DNA from: Phaeodactylibacter sp.
GTDB lineage: Bacteria; Bacteroidota; Bacteroidia; Chitinophagales; Saprospiraceae
DNA: 64,000 nt
Direction: 5' to 3'
Assembly (NCBI GenBank): GCA_024103175.1
Contig: JAGFJE010000061.1
Coordinates: 72 to 64,071 of the forward strand
Below the pieces are notes generated by a model. That model did not search any database, was not told where the DNA came from, and worked only from the letters and a program-made list of their open reading frames with translations. This document shows positions 42,639-50,971 of the stretch, piece after piece (position 1 is the stretch's first letter; the number at the start of each line of letters is the position of its first letter). Both the position numbers and the translations under genes were made by a program.

Positions 42639-42675
42639 CGGTGTTCGGTGTTCGGTGTTCGGTGTTCGGTGTTCG
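42639..42675. repeat. 5.3 tandem copies of the heptamer CGGTGTT, 14 nt upstream of the UbiD-family start codon
   Basis: CGGTGTTCGGTGTTCGGTGTTCGGTGTTCGGTGTTCG, followed by complementary words CCGAACC..GCGAACAACCAACACCG (42676-42707). Confidence 0.9.
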
Positions 42676-42756
42676 CCGAACCTGCGAATAGCGAACAACC
42701 AACACCGTTTACCAACAAAGATAACCACCTAAAGTTGGTAAGAAAAGTGTCAGGAA

Positions 42757-43815
42757 TTACCGGAGGAAAAATCCATGGCGAAACGGGTCTTCCGGATCGA
42801 TGAAAAACTCCTGCTGCCCGGTGATGAAAGCTGTGCCTTCCACGCAGGGAACTACCGCCCGGTAAGGGCCGTATTCCTCTTCCCGGACAATGGAGCCTTT
42901 GAACACGCTGCCGGTGATGCTTTCTACCGTCATCACCTCCCCGATGGCGATCTCTCCGCGGGCGTAGTGGATGGGCAGGCGCCCGGAGACTCCCGACCCG
43001 GTCGGGCAGCGGTCGACTTCCCCTTCGGCAAAGACGCAGACGTTGCGGCTGTCGATACCCTCGCTTACCGGCCCGCCGATGAAGATGGCCCCGTACAGAA
43101 AGCTCAGGTCCTGCTCGAAGGGGTGCTCCACCGGCTGGGGCGAGGCCGTCACCGCCCGTTTTATTTGCATGCCGGCCTGTATGATGCGGCTGTAGTTGGC
43201 GGGCGTGAGTTGCAGCCCGGCCTGTCCGGCGTCCACGTAGGCGTAGAAAGCGCCCCCGTAGGCCAGGTCATAAACAATACGGCCCAGGCCGGGAACCTCC
43301 ACTTCCAGGCCCAGCCCAACGACGAAGGAGGGGACGCCATGGAAGTAAGCTCCCCGGATCTTTCCTCCTTCCACTTTCACAAAAGCCTGCAGCCGGCCGC
43401 AGGGCGCATCGATCACTATCGGCGTTTCCGGCTCCCGCCGTTCCACCCAGCCCATTTGTACCGCCAGGATGGCAATGGCGATGGTGGCGTGGCCGCACAT
43501 GGTGCTGTAGCCCTCATTGTGCAGGAATAGAATGCCGAAGTCGGCCCCTTCATCGTTGGGCGGCAGCAGGAGGCAGCCGTACATATCGGCATGGCCGCGG
43601 GGTTCGTGCATCAGGGCGCGCCGCAGGTGGTCGTGGTGTTCGCGTACGTAGCGCCGGTATTCCAGCACGTTGTTCCCTTGCAGGGGCGGGAAGCCGTCGA
43701 GGATCACCCGCAGGGGCTCGCCCCCGGTGTGCATGTCGATGGTGCGGATGCGATGCCAGTGGGCGGGAGGGGGGAAGGTGGTTTGTTGTAGAATGCGTTG
43801 GTAGGTGGCAGGCAT
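42757..43815 (-). CDS. Proline racemase superfamily protein; the Cys/Thr catalytic pair suggests trans-3-hydroxy-L-proline dehydratase
   Basis: IDMHTGGEP start. First catalytic motif STMCGHAT (Cys). The second motif reads DRCPTGSG where racemases/epimerases have DRSPCGTG, placing Thr at the second catalytic position. Confidence 0.7.
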   Translation of the reverse strand: MPATYQRILQQTTFPPPAHWHRIRTIDMHTGGEPLRVILDGFPPLQGNNVLEYRRYVREHHDHLRRALMHEPRGHADMYGCLLLPPNDEGADFGILFLHNEGYSTMCGHATIAIAILAVQMGWVERREPETPIVIDAPCGRLQAFVKVEGGKIRGAYFHGVPSFVVGLGLEVEVPGLGRIVYDLAYGGAFYAYVDAGQAGLQLTPANYSRIIQAGMQIKRAVTASPQPVEHPFEQDLSFLYGAIFIGGPVSEGIDSRNVCVFAEGEVDRCPTGSGVSGRLPIHYARGEIAIGEVMTVESITGSVFKGSIVREEEYGPYRAVVPCVEGTAFITGQQEFFIDPEDPFRHGFFLR

Positions 43816-44002
43816 TTTTTGGGTTAAAGATAAGGGGGTTTTATGGGCGGTGGACGGTGGGATGGTAGGACGTTAGGGCGGAACATACAACAGGAAGGGG
43901 CTAATGGAATAGTTCATTTTTCTGTGTCTTCTGAAAAATACCCCTTGATTTTCAGGGACTTGCGAACAGCGAACACCGAATTGCGAACACTCCCGGGCTA
44001 AT

Positions 44003-44641
44003 TTATTGAGAAGTTACCGTGCCCGCATACACATCCCTCAAACTCAACATCTTTTCACCAATCTTAAAACCATCCTCCGGCTTGTCGTAGGCGGTTTCCA
44101 GCCATTTATCCGGGCCTTCCAGGCGCTCCATGACAGTGATGCGGGGCCGCTCGCTGTCGATGTACAGAATCTGCTGCAGAGAGGGTATCTGTTTGTAGCA
44201 GGGCAGTTTTTCTCCCCAGTCGCGTACGCGGGTGCTGGGGGAAAGGACTTCGAAGAGGACTATGGGAGTTAGTTCGGCGTTCATGCCTGGGCGGTATTCG
44301 TAAAATTTGGCGGGTAGTTGAATGACGGAGCCATCCGGATTGAAGATGGCGTTATTGCATCCAGGAATACAGACTGGGCGGTTGCTGTTGCCGAACCGTA
44401 CTTCCTGCCCCTGGAAAATGGTTTGCAACAGGAACATGAGTTTATTGGTAATATCTGAGTGAACGTCAGATTCATAGCTCATGGCCGCAATGATTTCATT
44501 ATTATAAAAATCCACCCGGTACTCTGCCTCCTCGAGCAGGGCCCAGTATTCCTCCTCCGTTCCTGGAAACCGGACGGGTTGCCCGCCGCCGAGTTCATGC
44601 AGCTCCTCGTTGGTCCGTGGAAATCTGGTTGTCGTTGCCAT
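44003..44641 (-). CDS. Uma2 (DUF820) family putative endonuclease
   Basis: 212 aa. NPDGSV...PIVLFEVLSPSTRVRDWGEKLPCYKQIPSLQQILYID follows the Uma2 PD-(D/E)xK-like pattern. Confidence 0.65.
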   Translation of the reverse strand: MATTTRFPRTNEELHELGGGQPVRFPGTEEEYWALLEEAEYRVDFYNNEIIAAMSYESDVHSDITNKLMFLLQTIFQGQEVRFGNSNRPVCIPGCNNAIFNPDGSVIQLPAKFYEYRPGMNAELTPIVLFEVLSPSTRVRDWGEKLPCYKQIPSLQQILYIDSERPRITVMERLEGPDKWLETAYDKPEDGFKIGEKMLSLRDVYAGTVTSQ

Positions 44642-44711
44642 GGATCTCGTTTTCTGATTACCTGTTCAATATACAAATTTTTTGGAGGGCAGGTTGCACG
44701 CCGCCCCGGCA

Positions 44712-45836
44712 TTACCTCTTTACCATCCGGAGTACCGTGAGGCCCTCCGCCGATCTGGCCTCCACCAAGTAGATGCCCGGGCGCCAGGCGGAAACGTCCA
44801 GCGTCGTGGCGCCGGAGAGTTGTTCCTGCAGCAGGGCTTGCCCGACGGCATTGTAGAGGGTAACCTGCAACGGCGCGGCGCCGGCCTCCAGGTGGATCAG
44901 GCCCGCCGTGGGGTTGGGGTAGAGCCGAAGGACAGGCTCCGCCTCTGCCGCTTCTTCCAGAGCGGAAATTTCCCCCAGCGTAAACCGGCTGAAGAAGCGC
45001 CAGATCTCCACGCTGGCGCTGATGTCCTGGTTGGTGGAGCCGATGCTGAGAATGCTGCCCGGCCAGGTGTGCCCGCCGCCGTTGACGCGGAGCAGGGATA
45101 CCTGATGGCCGTCGTCACAACCGTTGTAATCAAAGCGGGTGATGGTGGACCCGTCCAGAGGAGCCGTATCGGGCAGGTTTTCGGCGGCTGGCCCCGGGGT
45201 GCAACCATTGTTGGCGGCCCAGAAACCGATTACAGAGTCGATGGGCAAACTGATGTCGGCCTCCCCTTCGTAGGGCACCACATCGTCCGCCGTCCCGTGG
45301 ATCTCCATTACCGGGACCGCCCTGCCGGGGTTGCAGTTGCCGAAATATTCCGGCACCATGCTGCCCGTTACGGAAGCGATGGCGGCGATCCGGGTGTTGA
45401 GCTCGCAGGCCAGCCGGTAGCTCATAAAGCCGCCGTTGGACATGCCGCAGGAGTACACCCGCTGGGGGTCGATGTTGTAATTGGCCGATAATTCATCGAT
45501 CAGGGCGTTGATAAAGCCCACATCGTCGGCCGTGCTGCCGAAACTCCAGCCGACGTTCCAGGCATTGCTCCTGCCGTTGGGGTAGCAGACGTAGAACCCG
45601 GCGGTGTCGGCCACCGCATTCATCCCGGAATAGAACTCCTGCTGGGTAGCGTTGGAGCCGAAGCCGTGCAGGTTGAATACCAGCGGAAGGGCTTCGCCCG
45701 TCATATCGGCGGGGGGGAGATACAAACGGTAGTTTCTCTCCAGCCCGTCGTGGATAATGGCGCCGGTGATGACTTCCTGGGCCGGAAGGAAACAGGGAAA
45801 AGCAGAGAGGGCGATAATGCTGTAAAAGTATTTCAT
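44712..45836 (-). CDS. PHB-depolymerase-family esterase (LpqC-like) with a T9SS type A C-terminal sorting domain
   Basis: Signal peptide. PLVFNLHGFGSNA. Nucleophile elbow CGMSNGG. C-terminal LYPNPTAGLIHLEA...GIYLVEARSAEG sorting domain. Confidence 0.8.
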   Translation of the reverse strand: MKYFYSIIALSAFPCFLPAQEVITGAIIHDGLERNYRLYLPPADMTGEALPLVFNLHGFGSNATQQEFYSGMNAVADTAGFYVCYPNGRSNAWNVGWSFGSTADDVGFINALIDELSANYNIDPQRVYSCGMSNGGFMSYRLACELNTRIAAIASVTGSMVPEYFGNCNPGRAVPVMEIHGTADDVVPYEGEADISLPIDSVIGFWAANNGCTPGPAAENLPDTAPLDGSTITRFDYNGCDDGHQVSLLRVNGGGHTWPGSILSIGSTNQDISASVEIWRFFSRFTLGEISALEEAAEAEPVLRLYPNPTAGLIHLEAGAAPLQVTLYNAVGQALLQEQLSGATTLDVSAWRPGIYLVEARSAEGLTVLRMVKR

Positions 45837-45873
45837 ATATTCAGGTTTAGCGGAAGCGGGGCCTGAGAAAGGC

Positions 45874-45919
45874 CGTTATAAATGTAATTATTACTTTTAT
45901 GACGATTACATTTATAACG
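45874..45919. promoter_or_regulatory. Perfect 15-bp inverted repeat in an AT-rich divergent promoter region (operator candidate)
   Basis: CGTTATAAATGTAAT (45874-45888) / ATTACATTTATAACG (45905-45919) with a 16-nt spacer. It is followed by tandem ATTATAAAAATAAC at 45920-45933 and 45935-45948. Confidence 0.45.
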
Positions 45920-46032
45920 ATTATAAAAATAACAATTATAAAAATAACGAATAATTTTGAGTTGCCCCTTCTTTCGGAGATATTTCCAGAAGTTGGGGGC
46001 CTTATAATAATCCTGTTTCAATCGTATTGCTT

Positions 46033-46509
46033 ATGAAAGCAGCCAGCATCAGGGAATTGAAAGAAGCGATGAAAAGCCTCACGGCCGGGGAGCTGATGGA
46101 GCTGTGCCTTCGGCTGGCCAAATTCAAAAAGGAGAACAAGGAGTTACTGACTTATCTTTTGCTGGAGCTTCCCGATGAAGCACAGTATGTGGAAAGCGTT
46201 AAAGCGGAGCTGTCGGCCCAGTTCGGGCAGATCAATACCAGGAGTTATTATTACATGAAAAAGAGCGTGCGGAAGATCCTGCGGGCCACCCAGAAATACA
46301 TTCGTTATTCCGGGAAAAAGGAGACGGAGGTAGAGTTGCTGCTCCATTTTTGCTTTTTGTTGAAGGCTCTGAGCCCTTCCGTATTCCGGAACACGGCGCT
46401 CCGCAGCCTTTATGAGCGGCAGCTGGGCCGCGTTCGGAAGGTGGTGTCTACCCTGCATGAGGACCTGCAGTATGATTATGAGTTGGAGATGGGCCGGCTC
46501 GGGCTATGA
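46033..46509 (+). CDS. Hypothetical protein
   Basis: 158-aa ORF with host-like composition and no recognisable motif. Confidence 0.5.
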   Translation: MKAASIRELKEAMKSLTAGELMELCLRLAKFKKENKELLTYLLLELPDEAQYVESVKAELSAQFGQINTRSYYYMKKSVRKILRATQKYIRYSGKKETEVELLLHFCFLLKALSPSVFRNTALRSLYERQLGRVRKVVSTLHEDLQYDYELEMGRLGL

Positions 46510-46519
46510 CTGCTCGTTA

Positions 46520-46921
46520 CTATTCTTCTTCCTCCTGTATGGTTTTAAGGTAGGCCACCAGCTTCCGGATCTTTTCTTCAGCTTTTTCCGACGGCCCTTC
46601 CTGCCGGAAGGCGTCCCCCCATACCGGCATTTCGCTGTTGCCGTGAACGCGCACTTCCCTCCGGCCATCTATGACCTGCTGGATCTCTTTTTCGGGGAAA
46701 GCGCCGTCCCTTCTCAGGGCGATGCGGGTCAGGTCGGCCGGCGGCAGGACCAGGTACTGAGCGACAGGGCCATTGCCTTTTCCCGCCTCGCCGTGGCACG
46801 ACTGACAATAGGTTTGATAGAGGCTTTTGCCGGCAGCGGCCTCTCCGGTGAGCGCCTGGCCCATCGAGGCCAAGGAGAACAGGAGGAAAAAGGCAGTCAG
46901 AGTAGTATTGGTTTTCTTCAT
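46520..46921 (-). CDS. Class I c-type monoheme cytochrome
   Basis: Signal peptide. Single CQSCH heme motif, with a distal Met candidate in GNSEMPVWG. Confidence 0.8.
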   Translation of the reverse strand: MKKTNTTLTAFFLLFSLASMGQALTGEAAAGKSLYQTYCQSCHGEAGKGNGPVAQYLVLPPADLTRIALRRDGAFPEKEIQQVIDGRREVRVHGNSEMPVWGDAFRQEGPSEKAEEKIRKLVAYLKTIQEEEE

Positions 46922-47311
46922 ATACGATTCTTCCTTTTAGAATTGGCGAATGCAGCGTTCAAAGTTAAGAATTTAAGGCGTTACCGCGGGCGTGCAGCCA
47001 GGGTGTTCTGCTTTGGGCATTGATCAGACAAAAAATCGCGCTGGCCGGCATTGCTTTACAGCCGGTATTTATCTGGTTGTCCTTTCCGGTGATAAAGAGC
47101 CGCGTATTTTTAAAGTGGTGGCCCAGTGAAAGAAAAGGCGGGGCTCTTGGGGGGGCTTTCTTCCATATTATAAAAACCTTTGTTGGGGGTTAGTGGCATT
47201 CTAAAACGAGAACTGCTGGCCCGTCCAGCTTGTTTCGCACGAACACATCGCGCTGAGCTTCAGGCAGTTCCGCCAAAGCGGCAGACAGCCCTTCCCACTG
47301 TTACCCAGGCC

Positions 47312-47971
47312 CTACTCCTCCAAAAACGCCAGTTTGGCATTCCTGTATTTATCCTCTTTCAGCATTTCCCGCATGCCTTTAATGGTGTTAACCGGGCCGT
47401 TGTCTACGGCGAGGTTGATGAGCCAGGCCGGCAGAGCGCCGCCGGGGTCGGAATGGAGGCGGTAGTTCATTTTCACCTTATTGCCGGGCAGGGGGATGAA
47501 TTCATAATTAATATTCATTTTTTTGATACGTACAAAGCCGTCCTTTTCCGGCAGGTAGGCGGGGGCGCATTGAACGTCGATAAAGACGTGTTTGGAGTTG
47601 GGGTCCTGCCGGAGTTTGCTTTTGGCGATAAAATCGCGGTCGCTCAGTGGCCAGGGGAAGTCGATACCGCAGTAGTAGACGCTGGAGGTATTGGCGCCCG
47701 GCTCCAGGCGCTCGGCCGCGCTGCATTTGTAGATCCACTTCGAATAAGCCGGCACGTCTTTCAGCACTGCGATAACAGAAGAAAGGGAGGCGTCGAATGT
47801 GGTTTCTATTTTGACCTCCTTGATATTGGAGTTTTCTGCATCGCGCAGATAAACCTTCAGCCCGTCGGCCTGTTTTTTGAGCTTCCATTCCCCGGTTTGG
47901 GCGGACAGTGGAGCCCAGGCTAATAGTAATGTTATGATAATCAAAGTGTTAAAGCCTGGTTTTGTTTTCAT
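47312..47971 (-). CDS. START/SRPBCC-like lipid-binding domain protein (secreted)
   Basis: Signal peptide. W.L.K..DGLKVY.R......IKE.K....F.A......AVL.D...Y..W pattern reminiscent of bacterial START domains. Confidence 0.55.
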   Translation of the reverse strand: MKTKPGFNTLIIITLLLAWAPLSAQTGEWKLKKQADGLKVYLRDAENSNIKEVKIETTFDASLSSVIAVLKDVPAYSKWIYKCSAAERLEPGANTSSVYYCGIDFPWPLSDRDFIAKSKLRQDPNSKHVFIDVQCAPAYLPEKDGFVRIKKMNINYEFIPLPGNKVKMNYRLHSDPGGALPAWLINLAVDNGPVNTIKGMREMLKEDKYRNAKLAFLEE

Positions 47972-48150
47972 TATAGTGAGTTTTTAGCCAGAAATTCCAT
48001 ATTTTAACGCCCCAGAATTAGGCTGGTTCCAAGACATTGCTAATTTTGCGTAACAGAACCAGCCCTTTTATCTATTCAACCCGGCTTCCAACGCTGCCCT
48101 AAAGCGATTTGACTTGCAAAGCAATTAACAGATTAGCCGATTTTTATCCT

Positions 48151-49056
48151 ATGCGCCAGTATTTGGACCTTTTACAGCACATCAAGGACAATGGCATCCG
48201 GAAAAATGACCGTACCGGTACGGGTACGCTCAGTGTATTTGGCTACCAAATGCGCATGGATCTGCAGGAGGGCTTTCCCCTGCTCACTACCAAGAAAGTT
48301 TACATACGGTCGGTCATTCACGAATTGCTCTGGTTTCTGAAAGGCGATACCAACATACGCTATCTGGTACAGAACGGGGTCAATATCTGGAATGAATGGC
48401 CTTACCAGAACTGGCTGCGGGAAACCGGCCAGGAAGACAAGTACCCGAAGTACAGCGAGGAATGGAAGGACAGGATGAAGGGCTTCATCGAACAGGTAAA
48501 GGAGGACGAGAATTTTGCGCGCCGGTGGGGAGAACTCGGGCCCGTATACGGCCGGCAGTGGCGCAACTTCGAGGGCGTCGACCAGATGGCGGAAGTGGTG
48601 GAGGCCATCCGGCGCAATCCCGACTCCCGCCGCCACATCGTTTCGGCCTGGAACCCCAAAGACATACCGGGCATGGTAAAGTCGGGCCTGCCGCCCTGCC
48701 ACACCCTGTTCCAGTTTTACGTCGCTGAAGGGCGCCTATCCTGCCAGCTGTACCAGCGCTCTGCCGACGTTTTCCTGGGCGTGCCCTTCAACATCGCGTC
48801 CTACTCCCTGCTGGCTATGATGGTGGCCCAGGCCTGTGATCTGCAACCCGGGGATTTTGTTCACACTTTCGGCGATGTGCACCTTTATCTGAACCACCTC
48901 GAACAGGCCAACCTGCAGCTGAGCCGGGAGCCCCGGCCGCTGCCCAAAATGAAGATCAATCCGGAAGTGAAGAACCTCTTTGACTTTAAGTTCGAGGATT
49001 TTGAATTGCAGGATTACGGCCCGCACCCGCCGATCCGGGCCCAGGTGGCGGTGTAG
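48151..49056 (+). CDS. thyA: Thymidylate synthase (ThyA, long form)
   Basis: [11 protein letters not shown]...[12 protein letters not shown]...[12 protein letters not shown] (catalytic Cys)...[20 protein letters not shown]. Confidence 0.95.
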   Translation: MRQYLDLLQHIKDNGIRKNDRTGTGTLSVFGYQMRMDLQEGFPLLTTKKVYIRSVIHELLWFLKGDTNIRYLVQNGVNIWNEWPYQNWLRETGQEDKYPKYSEEWKDRMKGFIEQVKEDENFARRWGELGPVYGRQWRNFEGVDQMAEVVEAIRRNPDSRRHIVSAWNPKDIPGMVKSGLPPCHTLFQFYVAEGRLSCQLYQRSADVFLGVPFNIASYSLLAMMVAQACDLQPGDFVHTFGDVHLYLNHLEQANLQLSREPRPLPKMKINPEVKNLFDFKFEDFELQDYGPHPPIRAQVAV

Positions 49057-49065
49057 GGGTTATGG

Positions 49066-49142
49066 AGTGAGTGAGTAAATGAATGAATGAATGAATGAAT
49101 GAATGAATGAGTGAATGAGTGAATGAGTGAATGAGTGAGTGG
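49066..49142. repeat. Tetranucleotide-based array (GAGT/GAAT)n immediately after the thyA stop
   Basis: GAGTGAGTGAGTAAATGAATGAATGAATGAATGAATGAATGAGTGAATGAGTGAATGAGTGAATGAGTGAGTGG. Confidence 0.9.
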
Positions 49143-49338
49143 ATGTTACCCGGCTGAGCTATGGCGAATACGGGTGTGAATATCACGAGGCTTGGCCATT
49201 TTTCTGACATTTATGGTTTCCTGCGCACATATCGGAAAATTTATATCTGTTCATGAGTTGTTGTATGAAATAATTCACGGGCGGGGCAGGGTGCGGGCAT
49301 ATTTTCATCACCGGCGCGAAGCTCGGGGAAAGCATTTC

Positions 49339-49361
49339 TTATTTAGATGCAATCTAAATAA
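49339..49361. promoter_or_regulatory. Palindrome TTATTTAGA-N5-TCTAAATAA upstream of actA (operator or RNA hairpin candidate)
   Basis: Perfect 9-bp arms. The centre lies 124 nt upstream of the actA ATG. The same arms and spacer length recur at 58706-58732. Confidence 0.5.
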
Positions 49362-49473
49362 TTGCGGGTTTTACACTTTTGTTGTTAAAAAATTAACACG
49401 AAAGTTATCTTTGCGCTGACATAAAAATGACACTCACGTATTGACGAAATTATATATTAAATAGCACCACGAG

Positions 49474-50931
49474 ATGACATATAAGCAGTTGATTAGCCGA
49501 TTTTTGCTCCTTCTCGTTGTGGCGCTGTTCTCTTTCCCTGCTTTCGCTCAGGAGGCCGGGGGAGGGGAACAACCTGCCGCCGAAGCCTCTGCTCCCGCCG
49601 GAGAGGCCAACATCGATGAAGGAAAGACGCTTTTCCGCAATTACTGTGCGACCTGCCACAACAAAAACATGAAGGATAACCTGACCGGCCCGGCCCTGGG
49701 GGGCATGGAAGAACGCTGGTCAGACTATCCCCGTGAGGACCTCTACCGCTGGATCCGCAATTCCCAGGCCATGATCAACGAGGGGCACCCCCGCGCCGTT
49801 GAGCTGTGGAACGAGTGGAAGCCCACGGTGATGAACAACTTCAACCTCACCGACCAGGAGATCGAAAACATCATCGCTTACGTTGATTATGTTTATACAG
49901 GCAAAGACCAGCAGGCTCAGGGGCCTGCCGCCGGCGTTCCGCAGCAGGCGGTGGAAAAGCCCAACAACACGCCGTTGTTCATTGCTCTGGCGGTGATCCT
50001 GGCCATCCTGGCCGTCGTTCTGGCGCGCATTGTGGCCAACCTCAATTATATGGTGCAGGTGCGCGAGGGGAACGCGCCGGCTCACCGCAAGACGCTGGTG
50101 GAGATCCTGACCAGCAAGGGCCTCATTGCTTTCGTTATCTTCGCCCTGGTGGTGCTCGGCGGTTATACTACCGTCAATAACGCCATCATGCTGGGCCGCC
50201 AGCAAGGCTACGCTCCCGAGCAGCCCATCAAGTTTTCCCACGCTACCCACGCCGGCCTGCAGAAAATCGACTGCCAGTACTGCCACGACGGCGCCCGCCG
50301 CTCCAAGCATTCCGTCATCCCGGCGGCCAATACCTGTATGAACTGCCACGCCGCCATCAAGGTAGGCTCTACCTACGGGACGGCCGAATTGAGCAAGATC
50401 TACGCCTCCATCGGCTGGAACCCCAATACGGATTCCTACATCGAAAATTACGATGAGATGAGCCAGGCAGAGATCGAAGACATCTTCAGGAAGTGGATCG
50501 GCGACAATTACATCAAGGAAAAGGGCAGCCTCGATGCCGAAGGGGAACAGACGATCGAAAGCCAGTGGGAAGGCATCGTCAGCTCGCTGACCAACGAGGA
50601 CAAGAAGAAAATACAGGGCCCGATCGAATGGGTTCGCATCCATAACCTTCCCGACCACGCCTACTTTAACCACGCGCAGCACGTCTCCGTGGGTAAATTG
50701 GAATGCCAAACCTGCCACGGGCCGGTCGAGGAAATGGAAGTGGTGCAACAGTACTCTCCGCTATCTATGGGCTGGTGCGTAAACTGCCACCGCCAGACGG
50801 AAGTGCAGTTTGCCGGCAACGAGTACTACAAGACTTACGCCAACTACCACGATGAAATTGCCAGTGGTGCGCGCGATAAGGTCACCGTCGAGGAGATCGG
50901 CGGGCTCGAATGCCAGAAGTGCCACTATTAA
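49474..50931 (+). CDS. actA: Alternative complex III subunit ActA (multiheme cytochrome c) with an extra N-terminal monoheme domain
   Basis: Six CxxCH motifs: CATCH, CQYCH, CMNCH, CQTCH, CVNCH, CQKCH. First gene of the act cluster. Confidence 0.85.
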   Translation: MTYKQLISRFLLLLVVALFSFPAFAQEAGGGEQPAAEASAPAGEANIDEGKTLFRNYCATCHNKNMKDNLTGPALGGMEERWSDYPREDLYRWIRNSQAMINEGHPRAVELWNEWKPTVMNNFNLTDQEIENIIAYVDYVYTGKDQQAQGPAAGVPQQAVEKPNNTPLFIALAVILAILAVVLARIVANLNYMVQVREGNAPAHRKTLVEILTSKGLIAFVIFALVVLGGYTTVNNAIMLGRQQGYAPEQPIKFSHATHAGLQKIDCQYCHDGARRSKHSVIPAANTCMNCHAAIKVGSTYGTAELSKIYASIGWNPNTDSYIENYDEMSQAEIEDIFRKWIGDNYIKEKGSLDAEGEQTIESQWEGIVSSLTNEDKKKIQGPIEWVRIHNLPDHAYFNHAQHVSVGKLECQTCHGPVEEMEVVQQYSPLSMGWCVNCHRQTEVQFAGNEYYKTYANYHDEIASGARDKVTVEEIGGLECQKCHY

Positions 50932-50971
50932 TTCATGCCAATCCGCCCATTTGAACCTGAAAAAAGAAAAA

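Noticed and set aside
48031-48075. Inverted repeat GGCTGGTTC ... GAACCAGCC followed by CTTTTAT between the START-domain gene and thyA, as a terminator.
   Set aside because: No upstream co-oriented gene ends here because the flanking genes are divergent. The function is unsupported, and it may be incidental.
48131-48145. 15-mer GATTAGCCGATTTTT shared between the thyA leader (48131-48145) and the actA coding start (49491-49505).
   Set aside because: A single 15-nt match in a 64-kb window, both strands considered, is within chance expectation. One copy is coding and the other is not.
48151-49056. The insertion in ThyA (~50 aa, [45 protein letters not shown]) as a novelty.
   Set aside because: Long-form ThyA proteins with an insertion at this position are known from other bacteria, so this is an ordinary family variant.
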